Origin: an uncultured Candidatus Rokubacteria bacterium | GTDB lineage: Bacteria; Methylomirabilota; Methylomirabilia; Rokubacteriales; CSP1-6 | Assembly: GCA_963758635.1 (NCBI GenBank) | Contig: CAVWWD010000007.1 | Span: 320,001-384,000 of the forward strand | Direction of reading: 5' to 3' | DNA: 64,000 bases | Shown here: positions 49,971 to 59,688 of the stretch, piece by piece | Position numbering within the stretch: the first letter of the stretch is position 1 | Layout of the letters: each line of letters starts with the position of its first letter | Notes under the pieces: model-generated | The model's input: the letters and a program-made list of their open reading frames with translations, nothing else | What the model was told of the DNA's origin: nothing | The model's database searches: none | Program-made: the position numbers and the translations under genes

Positions 49971-51065
49971 CTAGTATCCCGGAGGAGGCGGTACCGGCAT
50001 GTAGACCACGCCGCTACTGCCATACCCTGCCGTGTACCAAGTCGGGCCGCACTTGTAGTAGGGCACGCCGCTCACCGGTATCGGCGCGACGTTGCAGGGC
50101 GGCGCGACGGGCGGGGGTGCCGCGGCGGGTGCCGGCGCGGCGGTAACGACCGTGGTCGTCGGCGCCGGCTGGCTCGCCGCAGCGACGGCGACGCCCGTGA
50201 CCATCGCGCCGGCCACGAATCCCGCGGCGGCCTCGTTGCTGTCCCAATTCGAGCAGTTGGAGCAGCCGCTGCTGGAGTATGAGCTGGAGCTGGAGTATGT
50301 GGAGCTGACGGACTGCTGACGCGTTGCCTGGGCCGACTGCGAGCTGGACTGCATCTGCGTGGCCGTCTGTTCCCGGCTGGCTTGCGCGCCGGTCGCCGTG
50401 GACTGCCGCGCGGCCTGATTCTCGCTCGTGCTTGCCTGGCGCCCGCTCTGATTCTCGCTCGTGGTTGCCTGCCGCTGGCCCTGGGACTCCTGCCGGCCTT
50501 GCTGAGCCGAGGACTGCGCCTCGCTGGCCTGACCCTGGCGCTGGCCCTGGCTGGCAGCAGCCTGTTGCTGTGCGCCGGCAGCGCGTTGACCGCCTCCCTG
50601 CGCGGCGCCACCGCCGGCAGCAGCCTGTTGCTGTGCGCCGGCAGCGCGTTGACCGCCTCCCTGCGCGGCGCCACCGCCGGCAGCAGCCTGTTGCTGTGCG
50701 CCGGCAGCGCGTTGGCCGCCTCCCTGCGCGGCGGCACCGCCGGCAGCAGCCTGTTGCTGTGCGCCGGCAGCGCGTTGGCCGCCTCCCTGCGCGGCGGCGC
50801 CGCCTCCGGCTCGCCCTCCGCCTTGGGAGAACCCCCCGCCGGATGCGGAACCACCGCGCGAGAAGCCGCCCTCACCACCTCCGCCGTGGGCACCGCCCCC
50901 ACCACCTCCGCCGTGAGCGCCGCCCCCACCACCACCGCCGTGAGCGCCGCCCCCACCGCGACCACCGCCGCCACGTTGCGCGAATGCCTCACCAGCCAAG
51001 CTCACCATGAATACCGCCGCCACGACGATCGCCGCCGCACCGCGCCACCATGAAGGGATCTTCAT
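49971..51065 (-). CDS. Secreted Gly/Gln/Ala-rich low-complexity protein with small Cys-containing C-terminal domain (DUF6515-like)
   Basis: Signal 'AFA', Gly repeats, tail 'PPCNV..V.GVPYYKCGPTWY...VVY..VPPP'. Confidence 0.7.
   Translation of the reverse strand: MKIPSWWRGAAAIVVAAVFMVSLAGEAFAQRGGGGRGGGGAHGGGGGGGAHGGGGGGGAHGGGGEGGFSRGGSASGGGFSQGGGRAGGGAAAQGGGQRAAGAQQQAAAGGAAAQGGGQRAAGAQQQAAAGGGAAQGGGQRAAGAQQQAAAGGGAAQGGGQRAAGAQQQAAASQGQRQGQASEAQSSAQQGRQESQGQRQATTSENQSGRQASTSENQAARQSTATGAQASREQTATQMQSSSQSAQATRQQSVSSTYSSSSSYSSSGCSNCSNWDSNEAAAGFVAGAMVTGVAVAAASQPAPTTTVVTAAPAPAAAPPPVAPPCNVAPIPVSGVPYYKCGPTWYTAGYGSSGVVYMPVPPPPGY
50553..50800 (-). repeat. Four 63-bp coding tandem repeats (AAQGGGQRAAGAQQQAAAGGx)
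   Basis: GCAGCAGCCTGTTGCTGTGCGCCGGCAGCGCGTT recurs at 63-bp period. Confidence 0.9.
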
Positions 51066-51937
51066 TACTTGGCTCCTTTGCCCGCGGAAGACTTGCGGGC
51101 GGCCGGAGATACACGCGGAAGCTGAGCCGCAAACGCGACTTTCTGCGCCCCGTCCGGCGGCGTCGCGGAGAATGTCGAGTCCTCGATCGCGGGCGCGAGG
51201 TTCCAGTCGGAGAACTGCGCCCAGAACTGCGGCTCGCCCTTGGCCTTGCCGTAGGTGATCACGACGCGCTGGGGCAGTGGCTGGTCACCGTCGGTCACCC
51301 AGACCTGGAAATCGACGGTGTCGGTGCGCGCGGCGAGGTGATGGGATGGAGCGCCGTGGACGCTGGTTCGCTCGACGTAGTCGATCGACCGCAATCGATC
51401 TCGCATCTCCGCGGGGAACTGGCTGACCAGCATCACCGCGAGCGGCAGACGCATGCCCAGATCCTTCACGAAGTGCACGATGCTGTCGTCGAGGTTGCCG
51501 GGTTGCGGCGCGGTCGCATAGACGTTGCGCGTCGCATCGACGAGCACGATCTCCTTGCCGCTGAACACGGTCAGCGTCTTGACCCCGTCGCTGCGCTCGC
51601 CCTCGAGGCGCAGGCGGTCGGGCCGGCTCAGGATGACTTTGCGGATCTCGGCGAACTCGATCTTCTGTCCGGACGCCTGCACCGCGTCGTACCCGGCACG
51701 CAGGCTGACGCTGAGGCGCTGCGTTCCGCCGACGAACTCGGCCATGCGCATCAGGATGGCGCGCGCCTGGGCTTGCGACTCGGTGACGGCGGGAGCGGTG
51801 GGAGCCCTGGCCACGGGCGCGCTCTTGGTCGGCGCCGCTTGCTGTGCCGGCGCCGGGTCCGCGGCCGCCAAGGCCACCAGGGCCACCACGAGCATGATCC
51901 TCAAGGCGAGGCGACACGTGTCAGGGATTGTACTCAT
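51065..51937 (-). CDS. DUF2092 periplasmic protein (LolA-like fold predicted)
   Basis: 'GQKIEF...LSRPDRLR', 'HLAAR...VDFQVW....PLP.R.VITY....GEPQF...FSDWN'. Confidence 0.82.
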   Translation of the reverse strand: MSTIPDTCRLALRIMLVVALVALAAADPAPAQQAAPTKSAPVARAPTAPAVTESQAQARAILMRMAEFVGGTQRLSVSLRAGYDAVQASGQKIEFAEIRKVILSRPDRLRLEGERSDGVKTLTVFSGKEIVLVDATRNVYATAPQPGNLDDSIVHFVKDLGMRLPLAVMLVSQFPAEMRDRLRSIDYVERTSVHGAPSHHLAARTDTVDFQVWVTDGDQPLPQRVVITYGKAKGEPQFWAQFSDWNLAPAIEDSTFSATPPDGAQKVAFAAQLPRVSPAARKSSAGKGAK

Positions 51938-52110
51938 TCGCTTCCCCCTCATCGGGCGCGGCAGGCCCTTATCCATGGTGTAGCACGCGTACCATTCTTC
52001 GGTCGGCTTTGTCTATCGCGACGCCCGTGGCCGGAGTGCTGACCGTCACCCGCCCATGGGACGATCTGCGCCCATCGGGCAGCACGCCCATTGCCACCTT
52101 GACATCCGCT

Positions 52111-53967
52111 TCATTTAGGGCGCTCACCGTCCCGCATCGCTTGGGGCGAGCCGGTCGGCGGGAAGTCCAGAGTGCCGCGCAAGGCGGCGCGACGCTCCGG
52201 GCTGAACTCGGGGAAGGGCAGGGCCTGCTGCGCACGGAGGGCCTCGATCGCGGCGCTGGCCTTCGCGGCGTCCGCCGGCGTGGGGCCGCGGTCGCGTGCG
52301 AGGTAGATTGTCTGGGAAGGGGACGCGAGCCCGGTTCCGGCCTCGACCACGAGGTCGACGATGCGCAGCAGCAGATCCTCCTGGATGCCCAGGAACTCAT
52401 CCCAGTTCCGCGTGGTGACGTACGCTCGGATCTCGATCTGGATCGACGCGCTGGCGAGCTCCACGAACCGGACCCGGACCTCGTCGTCGCCGACGCGGGG
52501 GTGCGCGAGCAGCATCTCGCGCAGCCGGATCAGGACGAGGCGCAGCTGGTCTGGTGTCGTCTCGTCGCGCAGGTCCAGCCGCTTGAGGAACAGCATCCGA
52601 TCCCGCTGGCTGAGATTGATGATTGCCATCTGGGCCAGCTCGGCGTTGGGGATCGTGGTCAATGTCCGATCGGGCCCGCGGATACGGGTCGAGCGGAGGC
52701 CGATGGACTCGATCACGCCCATCTTGTCCCCGTACTGGCACACGTCGCCGACGCGCACCGGCCGGTCCGCGAACAGGTTGAGCGTTCCCAGGAGATTGCC
52801 GAGCGTGCTCTGGGCAGCCAGCGCCACCGCCAGGCCCCCGATGCCGAGTCCTGCCACGATGCCAAAGACGGGCACGCCGAGCTCGCTGGCGCCGTGCGCA
52901 ATCAGGACGGCCGCGGCCACGAGCCCGACGACGCCGGCGCCGAGGCGCAGCAGGTTCGCGTCCAGGCTCTCGTTGGGAATGCGCGGGGAGCTGATGATCC
53001 ACTCGGCGACGAGCATCGCGGCGAGGTACGCGCCCCACGCCGCCGACAGGTACCGGGCGATCGCCAGCGTGTCCTCCAGGACCTCGGCGGCGTCGCCCTG
53101 GAGGTTGATCTGGAATCCGATGAAGAAGCGGAGCCAGAGCGCCAGGAGGAACACGACCAGCGGCACGACGAGGCGACGGAGGTAGGCCACGGAGGGAGAA
53201 ACGTCCTGGCCGCGGGACCGCGTCGAGCGGCGGAGCAGGAGGACCGCAACGACACACAGGAGGGTAAGCAGCAGGGCCGCGACGAGCTTCCACATGGCGG
53301 TGTCCAGAACCGGGCGGCGCGACCACGCGGGCAGCGCCGCCACCAGGCCCCGTGGAATCCACCACCCGGTGGTCTCCAGCGCCATGAGCCGTGGCGAGCC
53401 CAGCGGCATCGGGCGGAGGAACGGCAGGTGCTCCACGGCCGAGTAGAACTCCTCGATTCGCGCGACGGTCTCGGCGCTGAATAGAAACTCGCCGGCCCGA
53501 GGGCCGGTGGCGATCCGGGCGATCGTGATCTCGGTGCCCGGGATCGTCCATCGATCGCGGTGGGTGTCCGGCGTGAACGCCGTCGCGTCCGGCACGTCCT
53601 CGAGCGGCGGGAGCTCCAGGCGCGCGAGCACCTCCCAGAGGAGATAGAGGGCCTGCCCTCCGCGCTGCCGCACCGCCGCCGGAGGCAAGGCGCTCAGATC
53701 CATCACCCTGGCCGCGCGATCGCGGACCCGAAGCAACTGGACGGCGGTATCCCGGCTGGGCGCCGCGCGGTACGCCGTCACCGACTCCTCGAACTCCGGG
53801 ACCACTCCGAGGAAGCTCGCCAGGGTGGCGCGCGGGCTCGACGTGTCGAGCGGGGCCAGCGGGTGACGGCCCGCCGGCGCTCCGGCCCCTTCTACGCCGG
53901 CGGCGCCAACGCCCAGCCCGAGCGCACCGACCAGGACCAGCAACCGACGTAGGCACGTGCTCAGCAT
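52111..53967 (-). CDS. MscS-family channel with periplasmic N-domain
   Basis: 'DTSSPRATL', 'AGLGIGGLAVALAAQ', 'DRPVRVGD', 'IGLRSTRIR', 'IPN'. Confidence 0.9.
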   Translation of the reverse strand: MLSTCLRRLLVLVGALGLGVGAAGVEGAGAPAGRHPLAPLDTSSPRATLASFLGVVPEFEESVTAYRAAPSRDTAVQLLRVRDRAARVMDLSALPPAAVRQRGGQALYLLWEVLARLELPPLEDVPDATAFTPDTHRDRWTIPGTEITIARIATGPRAGEFLFSAETVARIEEFYSAVEHLPFLRPMPLGSPRLMALETTGWWIPRGLVAALPAWSRRPVLDTAMWKLVAALLLTLLCVVAVLLLRRSTRSRGQDVSPSVAYLRRLVVPLVVFLLALWLRFFIGFQINLQGDAAEVLEDTLAIARYLSAAWGAYLAAMLVAEWIISSPRIPNESLDANLLRLGAGVVGLVAAAVLIAHGASELGVPVFGIVAGLGIGGLAVALAAQSTLGNLLGTLNLFADRPVRVGDVCQYGDKMGVIESIGLRSTRIRGPDRTLTTIPNAELAQMAIINLSQRDRMLFLKRLDLRDETTPDQLRLVLIRLREMLLAHPRVGDDEVRVRFVELASASIQIEIRAYVTTRNWDEFLGIQEDLLLRIVDLVVEAGTGLASPSQTIYLARDRGPTPADAAKASAAIEALRAQQALPFPEFSPERRAALRGTLDFPPTGSPQAMRDGERPK

Positions 53968-54103
53968 GACGATCCGCTCCTCATGCTCGGGCCGCGCACC
54001 GCCGCGGGGCACCAGACCCGGCCCTCTTCCGGTCGAACATCCCGTGGTTGTTGGCCTTGGCTGTCCAAGAGCTTCTCGTCCCCCAGTACGGCGACGGCGC
54101 CGG

Positions 54104-55168
54104 TCAGTTGGCGGGAATAGTCACTATGGGCAGCTGCTTGCCGCCGGCTTCCAAGGAGTTGAACAGAATCGTGACGGCGGCGAGCGTGGTTTTCGAGGCG
54201 AGGTCTGCCCGGTCAATCCAGAACCACAGGCCTTCGTATGAAACCGCCGCAAAGGTCAGCTCTGGCTTCTTCTTCCCGCTGTGGACGACGAACCCGTGCG
54301 GCACCTGGGAGGTATCCAGGGCAATGGCCGTTCCATCGGTCAAGTGACTCTGCTGAACTCGAACGCCCGCCCCGAGCGTGACCAGAATTTGCAGCAAAGA
54401 ACGCGTCCGGATCCCCACCACCCCGGGGTCTGGCGCGCGCGTGGCAAAGATGACACGTACCCGATCGAGTGCGGCAGGAATGCCCAGCAATCTTCTCAGC
54501 TCGGCCATCTGTTCAGTCGGCCCTGTTGTCGAAGGATCGATTGCATGGAACCGCACCCAGATTTCAGTGTGGTCCGCCTGCTTCAGGATTTCTGCTTCAA
54601 TGGCCCGCGCCTCCTGGAGGGTACGCAGGATCTGGAGCAGTTTCCCGAACTCGGGATCACGCGGTCGCAACCGACCCGCATAAAGACTGTGATTGTGATG
54701 CCCTTCAATCGACTCAGCGGCCAGACCCAGGATGAAGTCGGCGGGTGTTCCGCCCTGGATCGCAAAGATGAGCGCATCGAGCGGCACCGGGCCCATCAGA
54801 TTTCGCGTAAACCTCTCGCCCGTCAGCGGCGAATAGGAGATAGTCGGACGATCCGTGAACCTGCCCGACCCACCAGCGCCCACGAACGTGTCGCCGCGCA
54901 GGGCCTGGGGCGAGAACTGGCCATTGAGACTCACGCCTGCCTCGAGGCTGTAACCGCTGACGACAGACACGACTTCCAGAAAGGCGGGCGCGTCCGCATA
55001 GCGCGACTTCACAATGTTCAACAACAGTTGTTCCTTCCAGGAATCCCCAACCGCGATGGTGTAGTGGAGCCGGTCACGCTTGACGAAGCCCGGCCCGACG
55101 GACGAACAGGCCGAAGCCAAAGGAACCAGTATCGCGAGGAGCAGGATGACGATAGAGTTGGGCATCAT
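54104..55168 (-). CDS. Conserved hypothetical lipoprotein
   Basis: Lipobox 'ASAC', 'GP...RDR..Y...DSWKEQLLLNIVK.RY.D.P.FL', 'PTISYSPL.G', 'WFWID..D..SK'. Confidence 0.75.
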   Translation of the reverse strand: MMPNSIVILLLAILVPLASACSSVGPGFVKRDRLHYTIAVGDSWKEQLLLNIVKSRYADAPAFLEVVSVVSGYSLEAGVSLNGQFSPQALRGDTFVGAGGSGRFTDRPTISYSPLTGERFTRNLMGPVPLDALIFAIQGGTPADFILGLAAESIEGHHNHSLYAGRLRPRDPEFGKLLQILRTLQEARAIEAEILKQADHTEIWVRFHAIDPSTTGPTEQMAELRRLLGIPAALDRVRVIFATRAPDPGVVGIRTRSLLQILVTLGAGVRVQQSHLTDGTAIALDTSQVPHGFVVHSGKKKPELTFAAVSYEGLWFWIDRADLASKTTLAAVTILFNSLEAGGKQLPIVTIPAN

Positions 55169-55766
55169 GACGCGGCCGACTCCAGGCGACAGTGATTTCC
55201 CCGTGAGCACACCGCTGCGCTGTGGGCGGTACCGACCTGAAGGTCACGCTTCTCCATCAGGAGTTCCTCCGTGGGGTCCTCCGGGTCAAAAACCGTGGCC
55301 GGGTGGATGATACCTCCAAGTCGGGGGGGGCACGAGCGGAGCTGCGGCGGGCGGGGCCCGACGTCACCCCGAGGTGGTCAGTCGGCTTTGCCGGGAACCA
55401 CGCGGACGTCGGCGGTCGCAGCCCGGATTCGGTGACGTTGGGTCCGACGGCGTCCCTCGCGCGAGGAGCAGCTTCACGCACGGCGAAGGCGCGGCGAGCT
55501 CGACTCTCTCGCCGCGGAGCCGGCGCAGCGTCGCGACGCCCACCTCGTCGAGTGAAACGAGCCCGGAGGGATGGCGACGCCGATTCGGGCCAGCGCCCTG
55601 ACGACGTGGCCGTCGTCCAATACGACCAAAGTCCTATCCGGTCGACGACGGTCAAGCGCTAGGATTTCTCGCGTGCCGAGAGGCAGCTTCTCATGGCGGC
55701 TGCAGCGATACCGTCTGCGTTCGTGACTTGCGGTGCCCGCGGACCTGAAAAGGAGGAAGAATCCGT

Positions 55767-56456
55767 ATGAAGGCGTTTCCCGCACTGGCGGCAGTGATGC
55801 TCTTGCTCGGGGTGGGCTGCGCCACGACGGTGCAGCGAACGGTCGAGCGATCGCCGGCCATCTGTGGATTTCTGGGGGCGGAGGTCTGCGAGCAGCTCCA
55901 GCCGGGCGAACGGGAGCAAGCGGGTCTGCGCTACGTGAACCCCAAGGGCATCTTCACCCAGTACGACAAGGTGATGGTCGTCGTGGTTGGCTTCTTCGCA
56001 AGTGATTCGTCCAAGGTGCCTCCCCAGGATGAGCAGCGGCTCACGAACCTTCTCTACAAGAGTCTCCATGAGGCGCTGGTCAAGCGGTATCAGGTGGTGG
56101 ACGAAGCCGGTCCCAAGGTGATGAAGGTCGAGGTTGCGCTCCTCGACGCCGAGGCGGCGACGGCAGGGGCCCGCTCGGTCACGATGGTGGTCCCCCAGCT
56201 GCGTGTGCTCGGCACTGGCTACGCCGCCGTGGCGGGAAGATACCCATTCTCCGGCGAGGCCTCGGCCACCGTCAAGGTTTCGGACTCCATGACGGAGCAG
56301 ATCCTCGGGGCCGGCGCGGATCGCCGGGCCGGGGGTGGATCGGCCTCGGCCGCCGCCCAGTGGCAGTGGGGAGATGCCGAAAACGCGATCAAGCTCTGGG
56401 CCTCGCGGCTCGCCGACGGAATGTATGCATACACCTCGGGCGAGAAGAAGCCGTAG
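55767..56456 (+). CDS. DUF3313 family lipoprotein
   Basis: Lipobox 'GVGC', 'LRYVNP', 'DS.T..IL....DRR.G', 'WGD...AI..WA'. Confidence 0.8.
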   Translation: MKAFPALAAVMLLLGVGCATTVQRTVERSPAICGFLGAEVCEQLQPGEREQAGLRYVNPKGIFTQYDKVMVVVVGFFASDSSKVPPQDEQRLTNLLYKSLHEALVKRYQVVDEAGPKVMKVEVALLDAEAATAGARSVTMVVPQLRVLGTGYAAVAGRYPFSGEASATVKVSDSMTEQILGAGADRRAGGGSASAAAQWQWGDAENAIKLWASRLADGMYAYTSGEKKP

Positions 56457-56568
56457 CGAAGCGAATGGCACGCCAGTACGGCCGAACGGTTCGCCATCGG
56501 ATTCAAGTGAGACACGCAGGCACGGGATGCGAGATCCCGCGGCGGAAGCGGGGACGAGGAGATCGACG

Positions 56569-57081
56569 ATGCCGCGACTGAAACTGGCAAGGCGGACGGC
56601 GCTGTCGATCATCGTGGCGCTGGCCTGGACGGCCATCGGCGAGGCGCAGCAGATCTTCGTCTATCCCCAGCGTGGGCAGAGCCCGGAGCGGCAGCAGCGC
56701 GACCGTTTCGAATGCCACCAGTGGGCGGTGCAGCAGACGGGCTTCGACCCAAGCAATCCCCAGGTGGCCCAGGCCCCTCCGCCGTCACCGCCCCCGCAGG
56801 GTGCGATGGGCGGGCCCTCGGCGGTGCGGGGCGCGGCGGGTGGTGCTGCCGTCGGCGCCGTGGGCGGCGCAATTGCCGGAAACCCCGGCAAGGGCGCCGC
56901 GGTCGGCGCGGCCACCGGAGGGATGATCGGGGCGATGCGCAAGGCGGACCAGCAGGCCAAGACCCAGCAGCAACAGCAGCAGGCTCAGGCCGCCCAGCAG
57001 CAAGCCATGACGCAGGGGTCCTCGTCCTACAACCGTGCCCTGAGCGCCTGTCTGCAGGGCCGCGGCTACACCGTCCAGTGA
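56569..57081 (+). CDS. Glycine-zipper (YMGG-like) secreted protein
   Basis: 'YPQRGQS...D..EC..WA.QQTGFDP', 'GAAGGAAVGA.GGAI.G', 'RA..ACL.GRGYTV'. Confidence 0.82.
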   Translation: MPRLKLARRTALSIIVALAWTAIGEAQQIFVYPQRGQSPERQQRDRFECHQWAVQQTGFDPSNPQVAQAPPPSPPPQGAMGGPSAVRGAAGGAAVGAVGGAIAGNPGKGAAVGAATGGMIGAMRKADQQAKTQQQQQQAQAAQQQAMTQGSSSYNRALSACLQGRGYTVQ

Positions 57082-57090
57082 GGTGAGGCG

Positions 57091-57496
57091 ATGCGCAGAC
57101 TGATCGTGATCGGCCTCGTCGTCGCGGGCAGCGTCGGTCCTTTCGAGGCTGGTGCCGCGGTTCCCGTCGACGGATCGACACCGCTGCTGTGCGCGGTGAC
57201 CGAGGTGCAGGAGTGCGAGCCCGGAGGCGCCTGCCAGCGGCGCACTCCGGAGGCAGTGAATCTCGCGCCGTTCGTCCGGGTCGACGTCAAGGCCAAGCGG
57301 CTCGGTAGCGATCGATGGCAGCCGGACGGCGCCGATCCAGGAGGCGACCCAGGTCGACGGCAAGCTGATCATGCAGGGCGGGCAGGAGGGGCGTAGCTGG
57401 GGCGCCGTGATCCTGGGAGAGACCGGGAGGTTTTCCGCAGGCGTCGTGGACCACGAGGTCGGGTTCCTCATCTTCGGCGTGTGCACGACGCCGTAG
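57091..57496 (+). CDS. Small secreted Cys-containing hypothetical protein (apparent +1 insertion near 57310)
   Basis: 'DGS.PLLCA......C.....C', shifted frame 'LIMQG...GRSW...GF.IFGVCT'. Confidence 0.6.
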
Positions 57497-57816
57497 GGTG
57501 GCCACGAGAACGTCGACCCACCCTCTTTCTGCTCGCGGCAGTCACGGGGCATGGCCGGCAGGGTCAGGGTGTGCCGGGGTCATGGCGTGCCGCGCGCGGG
57601 GTCCGCCAACCCCGCCCGTGCCCGATGACTCGGAGCCCGCGCGCGATCACTATGCCCCGCTCGCCTTCGCTCAACGCGAACGGCCGAACGGGCTTTCCCG
57701 GTCCGCTGCCGGGGCTCGCGGAGAGCCGCTGGAGAGCACACTGGACCGGGCGCGACGTCCGCCACCCCAGCGGCGGGGGCGTGGATCGTTCCTATCCGCT
57801 CAGGCCGCCTGGTTCC

Positions 57817-59271
57817 TCATCCTGCCGTCCGCCGAATGCCGATGCGTCGAACGACCAACCGATAGGCGAGAGCGGCGATCCACACGGCTGCGACCAGAAC
57901 CACGACCAAAATGATCAGCCGCGAAAAGGCGAAATCCACGAGTGCGCGCATGTCGGCCACCGTGCGGTGGGCCAGGTCGCTGACCTGGGGCGCGCCCGCG
58001 TTGAGCTGAACCATCAGCAATTCGAGCTGCCTCGCCGTCGCGGCAAATTCGCGCGCGGCGTTCGCGTAGTCGGCGATGTCGAACGGCTTGGCAGGTATGG
58101 CAGGCGCAGTGGACTCCTCCTTGGTCTTGTCGAACCGACCGAACAGCGAATCGATGCCGCGTAAAGTGCCCTGCAGCGAATCGAATGTCGCGGTTCCGGC
58201 TTCGAGTGCGCCTCTGAGCTCGCTGACCAGCGCCAACATCTGCTGCTGCCGCGCCACCATTTCCCGCATGAATTGACTGATCACGGCTTCACGCTCACGA
58301 GCCACCAGGTCTGGAAGTTGCCCAGCGACCCGCATGAATTGACTGATCACGGCTTCACGCTCACGAGCCACCAGGTCCGGAAGTTGCCCAGCGACGTTGC
58401 CCACCGCCTCCGCTGCCAGGCTGACACGATCCACATCCTGCAGCGCGTCTCGTGTCTCAGGCATGCTAGCGATCTGATACGTGAGGCGTTCGACCTGCAT
58501 GTCGAGCAGTCTGGGTGCACGTTGCAGGTAGTAGATCGTGCGCTCGGCGAGATTGCGCGTCTGGGCGATTTCCCGGACGGCCGGATCGAGGTTGCTCAAC
58601 GGGTCGATGCCGACCAGCGAGAACAGGCTACCGCTCGATTTTGACTCGCCAGGTCTCGGGCGACCGACCGCGCGGGCGAAGTCCCTGAAGTAAACGTACG
58701 CCACGGCGCGCACATGGGGATTCTTTAGGCGCCATTCCTCGATCACCTGGCGCAACTGCTGAATCTGCCCTTCGGTCAGGACTTCGGACGCGAGCGCCCA
58801 GGCACCAGGTTCCAGATTGCGGTGCGCATCCCGGAGTGGCGCGGCGCGCTCGCCGTATTTCTCTTGAATCCACGAGTCCTCGATGACCATTCGACTCAAA
58901 GTGGCAAGCACCACCATGTCGAGCGCGTTGGTCACGGAGTTGGGGCCTGTGGCAATCGTATAGGCAGACGTCACCTGAGACAGTCTCCAATTCTGGGCGA
59001 CCAGCCGCTCCGCAGCATCCTGCGTCTCCGTCTGAAAGCGTGTAATCGGTCCGCTGATTCCTTCCGCATATTCGTCGGCAAAACGCATGACCTTGAGCTG
59101 TAGCTCCTGCAGCTTCGTGGCCTCGGCCTCGTCTTCTGCGCCAGTCAGCTTGCTGATCATCGCGCAGCCAGACAATCCCGTGACACTTGCCGCCAAGAGT
59201 AAGCTCGCGACCAGCACGGGCCTCAGACATCGCCGCGCAAGTATCGACACTAGCTTGGGCTCGCACTTCAT
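57817..59271 (-). CDS. Hypothetical helical lipoprotein with C-terminal TM anchor
   Basis: Lipobox 'LSGC', 'MRFADEY', 'LDMVV..TL.R', C-terminal 'LIILVVVLVAAVWIAALAYR'. Confidence 0.7.
   Translation of the reverse strand: MKCEPKLVSILARRCLRPVLVASLLLAASVTGLSGCAMISKLTGAEDEAEATKLQELQLKVMRFADEYAEGISGPITRFQTETQDAAERLVAQNWRLSQVTSAYTIATGPNSVTNALDMVVLATLSRMVIEDSWIQEKYGERAAPLRDAHRNLEPGAWALASEVLTEGQIQQLRQVIEEWRLKNPHVRAVAYVYFRDFARAVGRPRPGESKSSGSLFSLVGIDPLSNLDPAVREIAQTRNLAERTIYYLQRAPRLLDMQVERLTYQIASMPETRDALQDVDRVSLAAEAVGNVAGQLPDLVAREREAVISQFMRVAGQLPDLVAREREAVISQFMREMVARQQQMLALVSELRGALEAGTATFDSLQGTLRGIDSLFGRFDKTKEESTAPAIPAKPFDIADYANAAREFAATARQLELLMVQLNAGAPQVSDLAHRTVADMRALVDFAFSRLIILVVVLVAAVWIAALAYRLVVRRIGIRRTAG
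58264..58395 (-). repeat. Near-perfect 66-bp in-frame tandem duplication
   Basis: 58264-58329 vs 58330-58395, one mismatch; VAGQLPDLVAREREAVISQFMR twice. Confidence 0.92.
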
Positions 59272-59464
59272 CCGACTATCCATCCCCGGCTGAAATCGAT
59301 CTCCCCGTGTGCTCTGCCGAGAGTTGTGCATCGCCTCTTGAACAGTCTGTCACGGAAATCATCTGCGCTGATCGCGATCTCAGCGGACAACGTCGGCGCC
59401 ACGCTCGCGACGTTCACGCATGGCGGGGACCGCCCAGTCGAAACAAGACGCGAATTCCTACGAC

Positions 59465-59555
59465 GTTGAACTGCTCGTCAACCTCAAATCGCGAAGACCC
59501 TCGGGCTGACGATCCCGCCGTCGCTCCTGGCGCGGGCGGATCAGGTGATCGAGTA
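59465..59555 (+). pseudogene. C-terminal remnant of an ABC substrate-binding protein (PF04392-like)
   Basis: 'ELLVNLK/AKTLGLTIPPSLLARADQVIE' with a frameshift. Confidence 0.65.
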
Positions 59556-59688
59556 TGTGTCCGCCTATAGGACCCTTGGGTCCACTCCGAGCCACCCGCG
59601 CTCCCGTTCACGTAGCTACAGTATGGGATACCGGCACTACGATCACTCCCGATATGCGGGCTGACCGAGATCAATTCCACCATTCCTC

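Noticed and set aside
55200..55760. ORFs or ncRNA in the long divergent intergenic region
   Set aside because: No recognisable protein motifs, RBS-supported ORF or convincing structure seen
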